38,947 nt of DNA, from the IMG/VR virus record IMGVR_UViG_3300017598_000261, positions 1-38,947 of that record. One strand, written 5' to 3'. The translations under genes and the position numbers were made by a program. Shown here piece by piece: positions 37,901-38,947 of the stretch (its first letter is position 1; every line of letters starts with the position of its first letter). Below the pieces are notes generated by a model that worked only from the letters and a program-made list of their open reading frames with translations, made no database searches and was not told the origin of the DNA. The stretch is from a virus.

Positions 37901-38682
37901 AAACATATAATCACTCAATTGTAGTTCCCGAAGGTGGTGTAAATGCTATGTTTGGCACACAAGATGTATTGTTTATCGTAGCAGGCTATACAGGCGAAAT
38001 ACTAGTTTACTCTGGAGGAGGAGCTGCACAAAAGTTCCATAAAGTACCAAAGGTTACCAGAGATAAGTTTGTAGAGATAGCACCTGGTGGAATGGCTATG
38101 TGGAGAACCAATATACATCTTAGTATGAGTCTTGGCACTGATTCAGAAGAAATACAAAAAGGTGTTTACTCAATAGGCACAGCACAAAGAAACTACCCAA
38201 TATCACTGGGGTTTGATTATCCTACATCACTAGGAGAACAGACATCTAGTGAAGTAAAAACAAGTATGGTATTCCCATCAGGACAAGATCTATATGTGGG
38301 ATGGCAAAACCAAAACTCATACGGTATAGACAAAATATCAGTCACAAACGACCCATACGAAGATGGCACTGTAGAAATGCTTATTAGTGACCTTGGAGAG
38401 ATTAGTGATGATGATTATCCACTCATATTAAGAGCAGATTTTGAAGCCCTTAAAGATGGTGAGAGTGTAAGAGTTAAGTACAAAGCAGATAGAGAAGATG
38501 ACTGGCACACTGGAGAATATGAAGATACGGTCGGAGCTAAAGAAGTTAGATATGTTATATCCCAAAGAATGAAAGAGATTCAAGCATCGTGTGATTTAAA
38601 AACAACCAGTAGCACATCACCTACACTACTAGGAATTACTCTTGAGGTAGAGAAGGAGCAAAGCAGTGGTAGGAGAACGTGA
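34915..38682 (+). CDS. Large tail structural protein with a LamG/concanavalin-like domain and a glycine-rich region.
   Basis: 1255 aa. LamG-type C-terminal strands ...AIGADFDGSGNPQNYYDGLIDDVRIWNDQRTTSEL. Gly-rich GGGGAGGNGS...GGSGTGGGGGSYGSAG...GSGGGGGGK...GGQGGGSGGS. Confidence 0.7.
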   Translation: MPKQIGSQTSFASGISFSTKEGLQNSYAFGRAIDHRSDPKKVVLNPRAEIDSGTIVKDLPMWGARACSRTFSYGNTGNIYQKEIDWELVHTAPDSTGNGMAYFTGDRALYYAQDTTLGRMLDACTEAKFYDDFMGSDSGEPLNTKSLNLELSSSQYAYVTDTSSLSITSDLTIEAYTKFESLPDATLNEEYVIVSKWTEQSDQRSYKMDVIGSVDFFGDGRDGALSITGNTTEDPIDANCTGTKGSTILTVSNEHASFSSIQPGDKVGIYQTRGTGAGQRQLVDVVSYSSGTLNLLEPLTFSPVHSATVSDANKAQVRVIKQHTTVVIGAGFSYYSKAWDGLKGGYLRWYANAGSTINGSVNGSGRGFRGGRFYDDSYEGADDKVTGESGESQAGYFLPFGHTFGDDTSLTQSPAGVVNGGGGAGGNGSREHDGGSGTGGGGGSYGSAGTNGGFTNTQYRTGLVAGGTGVVYGDNLLSSIHLGSGGGGGGKVKDNDVTGVKRGGYGGASLGIFSTTVSFGAGGYVVSEGTDGDVNTILEGQALLTSGGQGGGSGGSILYLLQTGNIGTSRTLARGGYGSIPLAGDAVGGNGGNGRIAVGYLTSVTGTSLPGYSKYQDNNLGAGDGYTLRLHISSTGANSDIYAWDITGKINTSTWRRYQIKWNDLLSTAEAFIGGNTLGTKKGSLTSIYNSTSSTAIGADFDGSGNPQNYYDGLIDDVRIWNDQRTTSELVNHNNKPMIGTEANLVAYYEFEDDLTDSQTNVTANNMTGVNTPTYSVDVPFSGLSSRRDQDQIYDGSGQLYTLPVSIDETATARQTFVPDKDPQTSVMVEIDTIGTGDWTVTVHDSLNRAVATQTVVNGDLNTGFYEFIFDDVWRPILGASYHFHLTSTVADGKVVTSTVSDLETARFRTHYQFLVSDKYHPITPHLDFMVIGNERYLAKFQAGDVYEPHKLVFPSEYRVRSLAYWREFVAIGCWKGDEITDFDDGRVFFWDGINKTYNHSIVVPEGGVNAMFGTQDVLFIVAGYTGEILVYSGGGAAQKFHKVPKVTRDKFVEIAPGGMAMWRTNIHLSMSLGTDSEEIQKGVYSIGTAQRNYPISLGFDYPTSLGEQTSSEVKTSMVFPSGQDLYVGWQNQNSYGIDKISVTNDPYEDGTVEMLISDLGEISDDDYPLILRADFEALKDGESVRVKYKADREDDWHTGEYEDTVGAKEVRYVISQRMKEIQASCDLKTTSSTSPTLLGITLEVEKEQSSGRRT

Positions 38683-38929
38683 TAACACCAATATATTTGA
38701 GAAGAAGTTAGAAGAACAAGCACCTACTACCATAAGGACGCTTCATTCTAGTGATTTGTTGCCTGATATCATTAAACAACGTAATATTGCAGAGGGACAC
38801 ATAATATTTAGGGGTCTATTATCAGATAGACCAACAGACGGAGGAACTCAGATTCAAGTTTACTATGGAGAAGACACAAGTAATCTCTATATATGGAACA
38901 CTGTTAATAAGACATGGGAAACAGTCTAG
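38666..38929 (+). CDS. Small tail-fibre-associated protein.
   Basis: GTG start overlapping the previous gene's end. The C-terminus GTQIQVYYGEDTSNLYIWNTVNKTWETV resembles the common fibre-tip motif (..Y.A.DT..LY.W.G..W..V). Confidence 0.5.
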   Translation: MVGERDNTNIFEKKLEEQAPTTIRTLHSSDLLPDIIKQRNIAEGHIIFRGLLSDRPTDGGTQIQVYYGEDTSNLYIWNTVNKTWETV

Positions 38930-38947
38930 ACTTGTGATATAATACCA
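38827..38947. repeat. Terminal direct overlap, copy 2 (identical to 1-121).
   Basis: Same 121-nt string as the window start. Confidence 0.95.
38933..38943 (+). promoter_or_regulatory. Duplicate copy (terminal overlap) of the cassette-1 promoter.
   Basis: TGTGATATAAT, identical to 107-117. Confidence 0.7.

Noticed and set aside
1-38947. Stop-codon reassignment (TAG or TGA recoding), as seen in some gut phages.
   Set aside because: All large genes, including terL apart from the single G-run frame change, portal, fibres and the 1255-aa protein, are open in the standard code. The only tRNA is a normal tRNA-Thr(UGU), not a suppressor.
1-38947. CRISPR array, integrase/attachment site, or CI-type lysogeny switch.
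   Set aside because: No spaced direct-repeat array was seen. No ORF has tyrosine- or serine-recombinase motifs. The tRNA is intact with its own promoter rather than being a truncated att remnant. The genome looks virulent, although small HTH regulators exist.

Overview
The window is a complete, compact tailed-phage genome. Bases 1-121 repeat exactly at 38827-38947, giving 38,826 unique bp, so the assembly is circular or terminally redundant. All credible genes (about 75 CDS plus one tRNA) are on the + strand, and the minus-strand ORFs in the track look like shadows of + strand genes. Module order in window coordinates: (1) 163-5057, putative internal-virion/ejection operon including an M23/LytM-like peptidase. 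(2) 5262-9822, tail fibre region. (3) 10045-11843, lysis cassette with a CHAP endolysin and three small membrane proteins. (4) 11844-13766, HNH / MazG-like / HNH / very short C5 DNA methyltransferase. (5) 13767-14185, structured non-coding region with tRNA-Thr(UGU). (6) 14186-18450, replication and recombination: initiator with internal iterons, DnaB-like ATPase, Erf, NinB-like, RusA, YbcO-like. (7) 18560-22779, small early/middle genes. (8) 22800-38929, morphogenesis: GroES-like, possible TerS, HNH, TerL, portal, scaffold, capsid, tail proteins. I saw no integrase, CRISPR array, reverse transcriptase or stop-codon recoding. The most unusual feature is regulatory. A -35-less extended -10 promoter (TGTGATATAAT) recurs about 10 times. 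In five copies it is followed by a -10-like TAGGAT, a structurally conserved GC hairpin (with a compensatory base change) and exactly seven T, so a terminator-like element sits downstream of its own promoter, in front of late operons. In four other copies the ATG lies 6-8 nt after the -10, predicting leaderless mRNAs. A separate early promoter class (TTGACA-N17-TAnnnT plus an identical GTAAATAACAAG leader) occurs three times. Other items worth a second look: a TerL gene split at a G5 run, a type IV pilin-like small protein, an Acr-Aca-like early operon, a candidate structured sRNA, and a 41-codon ORF paralogous to the fibre N-terminus. All functional calls come from motif recognition by eye, and no database search was run.
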